Source: Octopus vulgaris (lineage: Eukaryota). From it: a stretch of DNA of 64,000 nucleotides. The notes below the pieces were generated by a model that had not been told where the DNA came from, did not search any database, and saw only the letters and a program-made list of their open reading frames with translations. The position numbers and the translations under genes are program-made. Shown here one piece after another: positions 41,039-55,877 of the stretch (its first letter is position 1; every line of letters begins with the position of its first letter). The DNA is taken from positions 31,992,001 to 32,056,000 of the forward strand of contig OX597827.1 of NCBI GenBank assembly GCA_951406725.2. The letters are read 5' to 3'.

Positions 41039-41343
41039 TAGAACCTCGGTTTACGAATTTAATTCATTTCTGAAGGCCGTTTGTCACCCGAAATGTTTCA
41101 TAAACCGAAACTATTTTTCCCAAATGAAATTCAAGGGAAGGCATGGCGAATTCAAGCAGAGATGTTGAACTGAGGGTAAAGCTAAACACCAACTGATGCT
41201 GTCCTGCTGGTACATCCAGCTTGTTACCAAGTATTGTTACCAGCTTGCGTGTTCGTTACTCAAGGCACCATTCGTAACACGAGACGTTTTGTGCCCGAAT
41301 AATTTTTCGTAAATAGATTTATTCGTGATGAGAGGTTCCACCG
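41039..41343. mobile_element. Tigger/pogo-like MITE
   Basis: Imperfect TIRs agaacctcggtttacgaat / attcgtgatgagaggttcc. Confidence 0.6.
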
Positions 41344-41529
41344 GTTTTACCATCGATATCCCGCATGAATTGTGGTGTCATTTTTGTGGCCGGAGTGTTC
41401 AGAATATTATTTTCTCATTGTTCCAATTGGTCGTCTGTTGGAATTACTCTCCAGTCCAGCTGATGTTCCAGTAGAATCCATAATGGTCAACTGAAATACT
41501 TGGTCTTCTCAACCATCAAACTATTCTGC

Positions 41530-41791
41530 CTATATGTCTGTGCACACCTTTGAATGCAGTGTATGCCAGAAGGTTTGCAAATCCAACGGAGGCCTGAAGA
41601 GAAATTTTAAGATCCACAAAGAGCAGAACTTATCTGCAGCTCTTGGTCGTCCAAATCGGAGGTGCAATCGATGTGGGTGTCTTTTCAGAACATTGTCTAG
41701 TTTAAAACCTCCCACATCAGATGACATGATGTCGCTAAGCTGTAGGTACAGGAGGTGGTCAAACTCTGCATAAGGAGGAGACAACCACCAT
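41530..41791 (+). pseudogene. RTE-type 3' end with C2H2-like zinc-finger remnants
   Basis: [38 protein letters not shown] parallels ORF 7087-7563; similar ggtca.actc..gag terminal stem-loop. Confidence 0.75.
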
Positions 41792-41858
41792 GTATATATG
41801 TACATTTGTATGTATGTATATATGTATCTCTCTCTATAAATATGTATGTGTGTGTATA

Positions 41859-41902
<44 letters not shown>

Positions 41903-41922
41903 CATATATACCGATGTATATA

Positions 41923-41963
<41 letters not shown>

Positions 41964-42924
41964 CATATATATATACATATGTATATATGTACATATATAT
42001 ATATATATGTATATATCATATATATATACATATGTATATATACATATGTATATATGTACATATATACATATATATACATGTACATATATACGTATGTATA
42101 TATGTATGTATATATGTTTATATGCATATATATGTATATATATGCATATATATAAATACATATAAATATATATGTATATATATATATATATATATGTAGG
42201 CAAGTATGTGTAATGGTATTTAGTTATGTCAAATTCTGTCGAGTTACACATTTTTAGCTGTTATTTTGGGGAGCGGGCGGGGTGGGTGGTAAGTGGGGTG
42301 GTGGGGGTGGTCGGGTGTTTTAATTACTAAAAATAAAGCCACTATGAAATATTACAGACGATATTATTAATAATTACTCTTCGCGCCACCCCGCAGAATT
42401 TGTGATCTTGTGTCTATGCTGGAAAGCATTATTAACATAGCTACAGCTGCTGCTGTTGCTGCTCTTCTTGCTGTGACAGCTGCTACTACTGCTGCTGCTG
42501 TTGGTTTTGTATTGGAAGCAGCTGTAGCGTTGAAGTACGCACACTTGATAATAGCAGCTAATACAAGTTGACACATGCGCAGAATTTTCGATATTCTTGA
42601 CGTTGAAGTATCTAGGAGAAGCCGCTATATGTAATCGTTCCACATGCTAGAAATAGCAACGAAATGTTTCTCAAACCTTCATTCGGTACCTTACACTCTT
42701 AAAAAAAAAAGTGCGAGAGTGAAATGAAAAAGAAAGAAACAATGAAAGTCTTCAACAATGAAAATGAAACGAATAAAAATAAAGCTGGAACGTCATGGAT
42801 GGAAGTTTCTTACTCCTCGATCAGAGCCAGGTTGACGGAGGAGGAGCTAAATAACAACAGCAGCAAATTCCTGTTCTAGTGCTATTTTAGTTTGACTATT
42901 CTAAAGTAAGCAAATGGATCTTCG

Positions 42925-43240
42925 TCGGTTTCGGCGATGAGGGAACTGGTCTTTGATCAACTAGAATACTTGCTCGTTAAATATGCATATTTGTGGCCGA
43001 GCATTCCACAGAGACGTGTACCCTTATCGAAATTCTCGGGTAGAATCGATCAGCCAAAGCACATTTTGTGGCAACAAGACTTGACCTTTCAAATTACAAA
43101 CACAAGCCGTCCAACGAGCTTCCACACAGTTTCCATTTGGCTTGTCGAGACAGTGTTTAAAGGTATTTTATCGAGGAAGCCAAGCCGTGGAATTGAACCC
43201 AGAATCTTGTGATTATGAAGCGAAATTCTTAACCAATCGG
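42925..43240 (-). mobile_element. Diverged SINE family D
   Basis: Homologous to 28440-28762. Confidence 0.7.
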
Positions 43241-43267
43241 TTATGTTGCAAAAAAAAAAAAAGATAC

Positions 43268-43598
43268 AGGCGCAGGCGTGTCTGCGTGGTAAGACGTTTG
43301 CTTCCAAACTACTTTGTCCAAGGTTCGGTAACACCTTGGCCAAGTGTCTTCTACTATAGCCTCGGGTCCAACAAACCCTTGTGGGTGAATTTGGTGGACG
43401 GAAACTGAAAGAATATGTCGTTTGTGTGTGTGTGGTGTCTTTGTCTCTTCCCCACTGCTTGACAACCGGTGCTAGTGTGTTTACATCCTCGTAACATAGC
43501 GGTTAAGAAAAGACACTGGTAGTATAAGTACAAGGTCTAAAAATAAAATAAAAATACTGAAAAAGAACTGGAGTAAATTCATTCGACTAAAAATACTT
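43268..43598 (+). mobile_element. Diverged SINE family A
   Basis: Matches the A sequence. Confidence 0.82.
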
Positions 43599-43599
43599 C

Positions 43600-44330
43600 A
43601 GAAATTTGCTCAGCGGGTGCAAACCGGAGTCAAAAAGTTTTCACAAACAAGATCGATTTTTTAGTCTTAATATCAAAACAAACACACAATAATCCATTCT
43701 ATAGGCACAGGGCCTGAAATTTGTGGGAGAGTGTCAGTGGATTACAGCAAATCCCAGTACTCACTTTGTATTTATTTTACTGATCCTGAAAGGATGAAAG
43801 GCAAAGTCAACTGCGGCGGAATTCGAACTCAGAACGTGAAGACGGACGAAATACTTATTTCTTTACTACCCACAAGGGGCTAAACACAAAGAGGACAATC
43901 AAGGACAGACAAACGGATTAAGTCGATTATATTGACCCCAGTGCGAAACTGGTACTTATTTAATCGACCCCGAAAGGATGAAAGGCAAAGTCAACTTGGG
44001 CGGAATTTGAACTCAGAACTTAACGGCAGACGAAATACGGCTACGCATTTCGCCCGGCGTGCTTACGATTCTGCTAGCTCGCCACCTAAAACACTGGCGT
44101 AATAATAAAAGTAATTATTATTATTATCTTTGTACGTCAATCAAATCAGATGAATCCATAATTAGAAAAATGATATTTGAGACCAGTCTCAAAATGTTTT
44201 GACTCTCGTTCGTTTTAGCGACGAAGATTTTCAGGAGGATGTTCAAAGTGTTTTCATTGCTTCCCTCACCCAAGTTTTAAGGGGTGGCTTGCACCCCGCT
44301 GCACACCCTGTTCCAAGCCAACGAACCCGT
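43600..44330. mobile_element. Element X copy 2 with composite SINE B at 43695-44088 (-)
   Basis: Homology to 27575-28210; gggtgca..tgcaccc subterminal inverted motif. Confidence 0.72.
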
Positions 44331-44885
44331 TCCCCCATGTGCCTAAATTAAAACTCAGTATTTCTATGCATGGCTGCAGTTTGGCCGAATAATTAAGGCG
44401 TTCGTGTCGCAACCACGCGGTCCCAAGTTCCATTCCATCGTACGACATCTTGGGGAAACGTTATTATTTTTTTTAGTCCCGAAACCAAAATGAAGCAACA
44501 AGAAAGTGCATAGAATCCCGTCTGCTGGATTATACCGCAATTCTTTCAAGAACCAGCCTTGTGGGGCTGTGCCACGAATGATTCTGCTTATCGTATGACA
44601 TAAACGGCGGAGTCCGTGCGATGCTCAGCTATTTACAGGTTAATTCAGGAGCAGATAACTCACATGATCTAACAATCGTTTACACATCGTCGAATAACGG
44701 AAATGCACCTTATCTATGCATATATTTATGTATTTACATGCATCTGTAAATGAATCTATACGTGCGCATGTGTATATGCACATGTATGCATACATATAAA
44801 TATGAGTGTGTATGTGAGTGCATATGTGGATATTTATATATGCACATAGATGCGGGATAATATAAGTGTATATGCGTGCATGCAA

Positions 44886-44924
<39 letters not shown>

Positions 44925-45083
44925 TATATATCTATTCATTACTAAATGTGTATACATTCTCATGTAAGAATGCGTGTATGTATATCCGTTCTGATGAGCA
45001 TGTGTGTGAATAGACACAATAAGTGCTGTGTATGGCATGTGACTGCACTTATATAAACGAATATATAAACATATGCACATATA

Positions 45084-45170
<87 letters not shown>

Positions 45171-45304
45171 TCTGTGTGGCAAGTGACTACACAATATAAG
45201 GATATATATAATACACACACATATATCATAATTACAAAGAGAGAGAGAAAGAGGAACAGACAGACAGACAGACAGGTGCACAACAGAGAGGAAGATAGAT
45301 ATGC

Positions 45305-45341
<37 letters not shown>

Positions 45342-45769
45342 CGTATGTGTGTATGTATGCGTATGTATGCATGGAAGTATGCATCCATGCTTACATACGT
45401 GCGCATCACTGCATGCCACTCATGCATGTGTGCACATGTGCGTGTCCAGGGGTGGGTGTAGTTGACGTTGTCATTATTTTTCCGTTATTACTTATTAAAT
45501 TGCCATCAAGTGGTTATTCAGCCTCACTTAATGAAATCCTCATGCGGCGTGCGCTCAATAGTGCACATGTATTATGCACACGAGCTTGCACGTACGAATG
45601 TCTGCAAGCGCCGGTGGCAGCGGTGGAGAGCGATGTGCTGTGGCGTCCACACAAGTGCAAGCAAACAAGTGAAAAAGTGCAGCTGAACGCAGAACGAGAA
45701 TGCAACCGCCCACGCGAATATTGCACATCACGCAGAAACGTACATGTGTGCTACACACACACACACACA

Positions 45770-45812
<43 letters not shown>

Positions 45813-45872
45813 CACGTACGCACGTCCATTTGCATGTATCTATTATGTATGTATGTGTATTGAAATATTTAA

Positions 45873-45910
<38 letters not shown>

Positions 45911-46055
45911 ATGTGTGTGTATATGTGTGTTTGTGTGTGTGTGTGTTTGTGTACATATGTAAATATATTTATGTACATGATTACATATCCGCATGCATTT
46001 AAGAATACATATATGTATTCATACACACACACACATGTATGCATTTGAATATATA

Positions 46056-46107
<52 letters not shown>

Positions 46108-46153
46108 CACCCATACATATATATGTGATTAGAACATTGATATATGAATATAT

Positions 46154-46188
<35 letters not shown>

Positions 46189-46239
46189 TGCGTGCGTGTG
46201 TAAGGAACAGACTACTATTAACTTTATCATATATATATT

Positions 46240-46270
<31 letters not shown>

Positions 46271-46539
46271 ACATGTGTCTAATATACCTCGACAATGTGT
46301 ACCTTTATCTTTATAATGGTAAACTAAAATGCGCTGCCCTCGTCACGCGCGGATGTATACATGCATAACTGCGAAAGGTATTTACGTCGTCGAAAATATA
46401 ACCAAACAAATCGGTGCGTCAAGTAAAACTCCTCTGTGGTCTTTTTCTCCTAGGCTTTCATAGTCACTCCCCACTGTCACTCACGCCATAAATATTCGGT
46501 ACACAGAAGGCGGACCAATATGTAAACGTCTGATTATAT

Positions 46540-46716
46540 ATTCTTTTCTACTCTAGGCACAAGGCCCGAAATTTTTGGAGAGGGGACCAGTCGGGTGAAT
46601 CGAAAGGATGACAGGCAACGTCGACCTCGGAAAATTTGAACTCAGAACGTAGCGGCAGACGAAATACCGCTAAGCATTTCGCCCGGTGTACTAACGATTC
46701 TGCCAGCTCGCCACCT
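46540..46716 (-). mobile_element. SINE family B
   Basis: Reverse complement of B. Confidence 0.88.
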
Positions 46717-46802
46717 TGATAATAGATATATGCTAAGGTCTTATAGGAATGAGTTGGAAAAAAAACAAAACAACTATTCGAATAAATAAGATTGCAATAA
46801 AT

Positions 46803-47066
46803 AGGCGTGGCTGTGTGCTAAGTAAGAAGCTTGCTTCCCAACAACATGGTTCCAGACTCACTCCCACTGCGTTGCACCTTGGGCAAATGTCTTCTATTAT
46901 AGCCTCGGGCCGATCAAAGCCTTGTGAGTGGATTTGGTAGACGGAAACTGAAAGAAGCCTGACGTCATATATATATATATATATTTTTGTGTGTCTGTGT
47001 TTGTCTCCCCAATATCGCTTGACAACCGATGCTGGTGTGTTTATGTCCCTCGTAACTTAGCGGTTA
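46803..47066 (+). mobile_element. SINE family A, 3'-truncated
   Basis: Matches the A sequence. Confidence 0.87.
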
Positions 47067-47482
47067 ACGAGGTTAACTGTATCCACCCAAAAGTTTGGCT
47101 ATGGATGTAAATGAGGTCGGTCGATCGGTTGAATGACGCACAACTCTACACTGTCGCACAACTTACGCGAAGCCTCAACCAAATCCCTCCTTAAAAACCT
47201 AAGGATACAGTAGGCTAGGAATACTGTCTTTGGTACAAGAGATGAATATGAGGGGATGGCCGTCATCTGATCACTTTTGACGAAGACGCTACCTCAGAAA
47301 CTGATAGCTTGTTTAACGAGGCTCCATAGCTGATGATAACAAGTGAACAGTGAATGTCACAACTAATATTCCTGACCATAACTTACAATTTCAGGTTGTA
47401 GCTTCTGGGCAAGTTCATGATGTCACAACTTTGACAGTTGTTTCGGTTCATGCTCGATCCTGAAGACCGAGCACACTGTCTA

Positions 47483-47804
47483 CAGCTTTGGTCAAAGTTA
47501 TGGAGCAGGTATGGAAAACAATAGAGAATATGATTGAAACTGATTTACTTAATAATTGAAAACAGTATAATAAACATTCTAGAGTCTTTTTTGCTTGTTA
47601 TTACTGCTTTTATGCCAACTTAGTCTCAAGTATGCAAAAACAAATAAAAGCGGTTATAAAAGAAAAAGGAGGACACATCAAATACTAATTATTTATAGAA
47701 TTTATTCTAGAATGTTTATTATATTGTTTTCAATTATTAAGTAAATGAGTTTCAATCATATTCTCTGTTTTTTCATACCTGCTCCACAATTTTGGCCAAC
47801 GCTG
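47483..47804 (+). mobile_element. Tc1-derived MITE with TIRs of about 100 bp
   Basis: TA-CAG..CTG-TA; arms 47483-47583 and 47706-47804; internal NLVSSMQKQIKAVIKEKGGHIKY* Tc1 C-terminus. Confidence 0.92.
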
Positions 47805-48242
47805 TATACACTCCATCCAGGTTGATTAAACAAATCGTGCTACACGCCAGTCAGACTTTCTTCCAAATGTTCTTAAGAGAATATATATGGTAGAAACCCA
47901 TATGTATCCTGTAAATGTTGGCAGTGTCTGTATATTCAATCGTATTAATTTTCACCCGACTTTCTTTGTCTATTAAAAGAAGTCTATTATTTATTCAAAA
48001 GTAATTTCTTGGGAGCGAAATCAGTGCTATTTCAATTTTTTTCCTACTCCTCTTTAGAGAAAGCCAATTAAATTACCAGAAAAATAAACCCGGTAAAAAG
48101 AAATGATAAAACTATACTCGTGTTAAAGAGAGATGAAGTAGATATCCGAACACGCCGAAGTCATTTTTATTTTTTGTTGCGAAGTGACACAAAGGCATAT
48201 ATATTTCAGCGAGTAAATCGTAGTAAAAGAATGTTCAACAAA

Positions 48243-48698
<456 letters not shown>

Positions 48699-48709
48699 AT
48701 GATACATTT

Positions 48710-49120
48710 TAAATTTTGGCACGAGACCATCAGTTTTGAAAGGTGGGGCAAATCTATTACATCGACATCAGTACTTCACTGGTACTTTATTGAATCGACT
48801 GAATGAAAAGGTAAGGTTGACCTCCGCAGGATATGTACTCAAATCGTAAAGAACCGGAACACTCACCGCAATGCCCTTTTCTGCTTTTCTAAACATGCCG
48901 CAAATCTAGCGCCCTTAAAAGGTAAGCATTGGGACAAGGCTTGAAATATTGAAAGGTGCGAGTCTGTTACGTTGACATGAAAACCTAATCTGCACTTTAT
49001 TTCATTACCCTCAAAAGTATGAAAGGCAAAGTTGATCTCGGAGACATCTGAACTTTGACCGTAAACAGCCGGAACAAATAATGCAAGACAATTTGTCCGA
49101 CGCTTCAATGATTCTGCCAA
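48710..49120. mobile_element. Cluster of degenerate SINE B fragments
   Basis: Eroded B motifs in both orientations. Confidence 0.6.
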
Positions 49121-50251
49121 CGAATTAATCGTAGAGGGCGCCAACCCGTTGCAACTACCAAAGCACGTACGACAAACGTAACGAGGGAGGAGTCTCAACG
49201 CAGACGCTTGACCAACTTGAAAACAAAATCCAGTCCAAACTACAGTCACACTTTATTATTTTCTAAAGACACATTAATTAATCCAATCCTAGGTACATAA
49301 TGCCCTGAATAAAATTGCAAGTTAGACATGTCTAGACCACCTATGTTTATTTTTCTGCAAAGTCAATGCGGACTTGTGGTAGATAGCAACTCCCTACAAG
49401 GTATTTCATAGAACAAATAGAAACGTTTAAGAAGAAATACTAGCTAAATCTCTCACAATTCATATTGTACAGTTTTAAAGAAAAACAGGAACTACATATA
49501 GGACATTATAGTTTGAGATGAACTTTTTTCAGACAAAAAATGATAATAATAAACAAGAGGGTCAACAATATAAAACAAATCTTTCGTCGCTGGTTTGTTA
49601 AAAGCGAAACAAGAACAAAAACAAAACTTGAAGGAGTTGCGAACCAGTTCTCTCAAGCTCTTTGAATGCAGCTGCACAGCTATTCCTTTCTACATGCACT
49701 CGTGCAGTATCATTAATCTAGTTTATCTAGCTCTGCATACCAGGTGACGATCACATTTTCTACAGGACGAGTAAGGGCTGAGCCTGTTGTCAACCACAAA
49801 CAGCGTCAGTTATGTATGTGACAGAGATTTTCTGATGCGCAAATAGCTGCACTGACTAAGCTGATGGCTGACACAGCTGTAGGCAAAAGAATTTGTACGC
49901 ATGATATATGGACACATACGTACATACATACAGAAGTATACATACGTATATATATATATATATATATATATATACAAATATATATCAATATGTATATATA
50001 TACAAATATATAAATATAAATGCATATATATATATGCGTACACATACATATACATATATGCACGCATACATACATGCATGCATATATATATATACATACA
50101 TACAGGCATACATACATACACATATACAAGTACGTACACAACTACCTACTCGTATATATATAATATATATATATATATACATATGCATAAATATATATAT
50201 ATATATATACATACGCACATACATATATATATATATATATATATGCATATA

Positions 50252-50410
50252 TGGGTATAGGACATGACAAACAGTAAACAACATGAAATACGAAAACAAA
50301 TGAGTTGAATACGCAAACAACAAGAGAAACAAATGGAAAACAGGACAAGTAACATTAAGAACGACCCTTCAGTTGTCGGTTGTGTATCTACTCCTCATTT
50401 CGAGCATTAT
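50252..50410 (-). mobile_element. Element H copy 2
   Basis: Minus-strand cgaaatgaggagtagat..ctgaagggtcg..tgtcctg, similar to 8686-8760; abuts a TA tract. Confidence 0.45.
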
Positions 50411-51484
50411 ACAAGCACATAGCTTTTGGGAGCTTTTTTGAAGCACAATAGTGATGGCTAGCAATGCTTTGGGCAACAAAGGCAGAAATTGGTGGAATAT
50501 GTTCCTAAATTTTCTCTTTAGTCTTGTGCTCATGCCGTGAGATAGTTTGAACGTGCATGAGGAAGTCTGGTGCACGTATCAACAAAGCGATCAAGAATCT
50601 TATTCTTTATAGCAAAGGTTTTGGTACGATAGAGAAGGAATACTCTTGACACACGCCCAGAAGTGGGCCAGCCTTGTTGTCTTTGAAATACATGATTGCC
50701 ATATGTTCTGATGCTTGTTACAGGCACTTGTAGCTTATCCTTTGCGTGTCAGGAAGTCATCGTTACTGTCAGCAGTGTGTAACCGAAAGTACTTGAAAAT
50801 ATTGACCTACTTGACTATAGTCTATATGTGTGGTGTGGGTACGCATGTGTGCGCGTGTGTATTGTTGTATAAAAGTCTATCAACTGTAAGAATAAAATAA
50901 AAATGTGTTTTATATCCTTGGAGACAGATAATCCTGTGAAAGTCTAGAAAAAGTGATGAATATGGTAAGCTTGAAGACTTTCATTGAGACGAACTAATGG
51001 CTGCTCTCAATATCGTATATATATATATATATACGCATATAGTACGCCTGGCAAGATGCTTAGCGGCATTTCGTCCTGAGTTCAAATACTGAGTTTAAAT
51101 TCCACTGTCTTTAGCCCCTTGACGTCGGTATTACCCGAAGCATGCGAGACACTGCTCTGGTTTTTTTTATCTAATGAGGCTACACAAACACACAAGTGTC
51201 AACGAGCTCGCGTCTATTTACGTTCACCGTGACAATAATATAGCGTTGTACATTTATTTTACAGGAACGATAGACCTATAAACTAGAAGCTACAGGAAAA
51301 ATTTCAACAGAATCGGTGTTGTGGATATCGTAGTCATGACAGAAGATGACATGAGACGCCTAGGATTGAGCTATGACTAGAAACATTATACAATCAGACT
51401 GCATTTCGACTTTACTTCTTTTTCATCAGCTGAAGGTCTACCTTAAGTTTATCAAGGTGATACTGGGAAATGATGTATAAAGTT

Positions 51485-51600
51485 TATTGAAGTTGTAGAG
51501 AAAAATATGGGCAAGTTACTAGGGTTCCACAACGAAAGTTCTTCTAATGAAGAACTGATGCTTCTAGAACAAAAGTGAGCTGCAGGGTACGAAGCGGATA
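51485..51600 (+). pseudogene. Possible Tigger/pogo transposase C-terminal scrap
   Basis: EVVEKNMGKLLGFHNESSSNEELMLLEQK resembles the pogo EDVxELLxxHxEELxNEEL motif. Confidence 0.35.
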
Positions 51601-52358
51601 TGAAAGCTCCAATCATTCCACTTTAGTTAACTCAAAGACTATGACTAGAGTGTTGGCACCTATAGAGGAAATTTTGTAAGGCTTTACGAAAAACAATCCT
51701 AATCGCGAACGTAAAATTTAAAGAGTTCATAATGAACTCAGTTCTTACACAGAGTTTCACAAACATATAGGAAGTTATAAAAACTAATTTTGAATAAGTT
51801 CTCTCTTGGAGTAGAAGTTGATGGTATGATTTACAGGGCAGAAGATAGTACATCTTTTCCTGCCAGTAAATCCACACTGCATTACCTCCCATCACAAAGT
51901 AATCGATATCGATTTTCCTTTTGTGGTGAGCTGAACCCAACAAAGATGTTACTAAATTTTCTTGATTCGTTTATGTATTTCACATCAAATGTTTTTATGT
52001 ACAAACGCTACACAGTGTGTACGATCGAAAATTGTTATTTCCATGAATAAAAGTGGTTGTATAACATTTTACTGATTAAAAATTTCAGTTTATATCACAA
52101 GAATCAATGGGAAATGTAAACACATGTGTGTATAAAATTTGATGGCCCCATGTAAAAAATATATACATATACATACATACATACATACATACATACATAC
52201 ATACATACATACATACATACATACATACATACATACATACATACGTACATACATACATATAATATATACATATATGTATGTGTGTGTGTGTGTGTATTCA
52301 CAGCAACAGCGTTTCAAAGATATACTCTCATTCTCTCTCTCTCTCTTTAGTTCTCTCT

Positions 52359-52404
<46 letters not shown>

Positions 52405-52417
52405 CATAGAGAGGAGG

Positions 52418-52487
52418 AGAAGAAGAAGAAGAAGAAGAAGAAGAAGAAGAAGAAGAAGAAGAAGAAGAAGAAGAAGAAGAAGAAGAA
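52418..52487. repeat. (GAA)n homopurine tract
   Basis: Directly visible. Confidence 0.97.
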
Positions 52488-52626
52488 AAAGCGGGGAGAG
52501 AGAGCATTTGGAACACCGTGCTAGCAAAATTCCGTATCTGAAAGTCAAATCTTCAAGAAATAAGTATCCGGTTTCCATTCCAATGCTTAGGAATAACATA
52601 CATACATACATACATGCATACACACA

Positions 52627-52691
<65 letters not shown>

Positions 52692-52900
52692 TCATTCATC
52701 ATTTCATATTGTGATTATTTTATCCTTTTCATATATTCGGGTTTGATGTTATGCAAGGCGTTATATAAGTCAATAGTCTGATTAGTTTATATATTCTGAA
52801 AGTGAAAAATAATCTTTGCCTGAAACTATTAGACACTATAGTTATCTTCATTTTCCATGGTATTTAAACTACCTACAAATATTTCAAAGATCTTTTTTAA

Positions 52901-53110
52901 CCCTTCTGTTGCCATATTGCGGCTGAAATGTACTAACTTTGTTTCAATTAATTTTGATTTAGTAAAAAGTAATATCCAGCCAGCAATCTGGTTCTTGGGA
53001 CACCTTTTAACATGAAATTTTCATCGACGATTTTAATTTAGATCGCTTCGAAACAGGAAGTGTGTATCAGAGAACCATGCGAGTTCTCTGGTGGATTGAT
53101 ATGAAAATGG
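52901..53110. mobile_element. piggyBac-like MITE
   Basis: TTAA-CCCTT...AATGG-TTAA. Confidence 0.5.
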
Positions 53111-53129
53111 TTAATTGAGATATTTTAAC

Positions 53130-53345
53130 AATGGTTTCAAATTTCGGCAGAAGGCCAGCAATTTCAGGGAAGGGCTAAGATGATTTCATCGACCCCAGTG
53201 CTCTACTGGTACTTATTTTATCGACCCCGAAAAGATGAAAAGCAAAGTCAACTATTACGGAATTTGAATTCAGAACATAAAGACAAATGAAATGCTGCTA
53301 AGCATTTTGTCCGGCATGATAAAGATTCTGCCAGCTCGCCGCCTT
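53130..53345 (-). mobile_element. SINE family B
   Basis: Reverse complement of B. Confidence 0.88.
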
Positions 53346-53529
53346 GAGGAATTTTAATTAGAACTGCTTTACAATATATACTCTTAATTTATTTTGTGTG
53401 GAATCTAATTATCTCCCGATAATGTTACAGAAAAGAGTCGAGCACTTTCTATAAACCTGATTTGATATCAGCAAATAGAATTTGTTAGTCTTCCGTGGTA
53501 TTTGAAACCGCCTACTAACTTTTTGAATA

Positions 53530-53765
53530 CTCTCTCTTTACTCTTTTACTCTTTTACTTGTTTCAGTCATTTGACTGCAGCCATGCTGGAGCACCGCCTT
53601 TAGTCGAGCAAATCGACCTCAGGACTTATTCTTTGTATTATTCTAGTACTTATTCTATCGGTCTCTTTTGCCGAACTGCTAAGTTACGGGGACGTTATCA
53701 CACCAGCATCGGCTGTCAAGCGATGTTGGGGGGACAAACACAGACACACAAGCATATACACTCAC

Positions 53766-53796
<31 letters not shown>

Positions 53797-53952
53797 CACG
53801 ACGGGCTTCTTTCAGTTTCCGTCTACCAAATCCACTCACAAGGCTTTGGTCGGCCCGAGGCTATAGTAGAAGACACTTGCCCAAGTTGCCGCGTAGTGGG
53901 ACTGAACCCGGAAACATGTGGCTGGTAAGCAAGCTACTTACCACACAGCCAC
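53530..53952 (-). mobile_element. SINE family A
   Basis: Reverse complement of A. Confidence 0.92.
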
Positions 53953-53984
53953 TGATCAGTAGATAACTTTTTCCCTTTTATTAA

Positions 53985-54182
53985 AGGCACAAGCCCTGAA
54001 AACTTAAGCGGAGATGTTGTTATTTACATCGACCCCAGTGCCCAACTGATACTTATTTAAGCGATCCCGAAAGGATGAAAAGCAAAATCGACCTGAATGA
54101 TATTTGAAATCGGGTCGTAATGCGGAAGAAAAGCGTTAAGCATTTTGCACGGCGCGGGAACGATTCTGCTGGTTTGCCGCCT
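53985..54182 (-). mobile_element. SINE family B, diverged
   Basis: Reverse complement of B. Confidence 0.75.
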
Positions 54183-54299
54183 AAAATGATGAATTTTAAT
54201 AACCATGTGTAAAACTTAGCTCTTGCACAATTTCCATGGTCCAACCTTATTCTAGGTTCTTAATATAATTACTTGGTATGCCTGTACAACAAATAGGGA

Positions 54300-55620
54300 A
54301 GGTTTCTGGGAAAGATATTTCTTGAGCAGTATCTTAGAACAGGCTGCATTATTGCATTCTCCAAGCAAGATGAGGAACGTCCTAGTTACCATCATTTGTA
54401 TTTGTTCACCATCCAACACTTTTAGCGTAATCACGAGGATAGCCTGGAAGAGGGCGTGATGTATGAAGCAAGACAACAGTCTAAAGCTCACACCTACTAT
54501 TTACTTCAACTCATCTTCATTGAAAATAGCGTACAATCGATGATTGGCAAGGGTCGTGAACAAGAAAATCTGCCCGTTACCATATGAAGTGCAATTGCAA
54601 CTCTCAGTTGTGAGATTCTTCAGACACACAGCTATGACATTCAGCAACCGGAACAGTTTGTCAAACACAATAAACCACTCTTGAAGGCAGAATCGTTAGC
54701 ATGCCGGGCGAAATGCTTGAACGATATTTCGCCTGTCTTTACGTTCTGAGTTCATATGCCGCCGGAGTCAACATTGCCTTTCATCCTTTCGAGGTCGATA
54801 AATTAAGTACCAGTGAAACACTGGAGTTGATGTAATCGACTGGTTCCCTCCCCCGAAATTTCAGGCCTTGTGCCTATAGTAGAAAGGATTATTCTCTTCT
54901 CTCTCACTCTATTTTTCAAATTCCGCCGAGGTCGACTTTGCCTTCCTTTCGGGGTCGATAAATTAAGTACCAGTTACATACTGGGATCGATCTAATCGAC
55001 TGGCCCCATCTCCTAAAATGTCAGTCCTTGTACCTAGAGTAGAAAAGAATAAACCACTCTTGCTTCCAAATTCACAAAAAACTTTCTCAACGTTCGAATA
55101 TTTTATGATATCTGCCTTGAGAAGAATAATTTTCTTTGGTATTTCTACTGGAATGGTGAAAGCACTTAAAACCAAGGTTATTTGAGTTAAATTTTCATCT
55201 ATCTATGCAAATTACTTGCGCAATGGAAGTATATATTGATGCAAATTTATTCACAGCCAACACGACTGTTCATTTTATTTTTAAACCATTGCTCAACCTT
55301 GCAAGTATTGACTACCCTGTACCTATGTGAAATATTAGCAAAGGATCTGGACAAGCTGCAGTTTTGAAGCAAGCCAAGTTGAAAGTGTGTGCTTAGTGTA
55401 GAATGTCACATAGACTTGTATTTGAAGCTATCTCTGCCATATTAACAAAAATACGAGACATAACAGGAATATGTATGTAGTCACAGCCTTACTCTCTGAG
55501 GATCTCAGATTAATTCAGTCTGTCCTTTTAAAGGATATTTCTGCTGACAGGTTGAGAGCATGCCTCGGTGAAACCTCTATTTGGAGACAAGATGAAAAAT
55601 TCATCCCTGTACCAAGTTAA
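54300..55620 (+). pseudogene. Helitron Rep/PIF1-helicase relic
   Basis: LEQAALLHSPSKMRNVLVTIICICSPSN; TTVHFIFKPLLNL..NISKGSGQAAVLKQAKLKVCA*CRMSHRLVFEA..LLSEDLRLIQSV..ADRLRACL follows Helitron helicase motif order. Confidence 0.82.
54684..55047 (+). mobile_element. Two-unit SINE B insertion in the Helitron relic
   Basis: Exact 15-bp TSD aataaaccactcttg at 54669-54683 and 55048-55062. Confidence 0.92.
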
Positions 55621-55877
55621 AGAGTTGCACTTGAAAGAGGTATCTCAACGCGCCAGTTTGCAAGATTTTACTTCGGTTGGTAAAAGATCAATGGTCAGTT
55701 AACATTGACAATGTGTGTGGAAGTCGGGAGGGGGAGATAAAGAAATACAAAAAAAAAAATTTTTTTCAAATTTACTCGATGTTACTAGGACTCTTCATCC
55801 TGTACTGAGCTACCATCCAACTTTGTATCCAATGATATCTGTGCGTAATATTGGTTTCAAATATCTGTGCGTAATAT

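Noticed and set aside
45719-45740. tattgcac miR-92/25-like seed
   Set aside because: No complementary arm; the rest does not match the family
50369-50760. Short ORFs including QQGWP, possibly LTR pol
   Set aside because: Too little similarity to support a call
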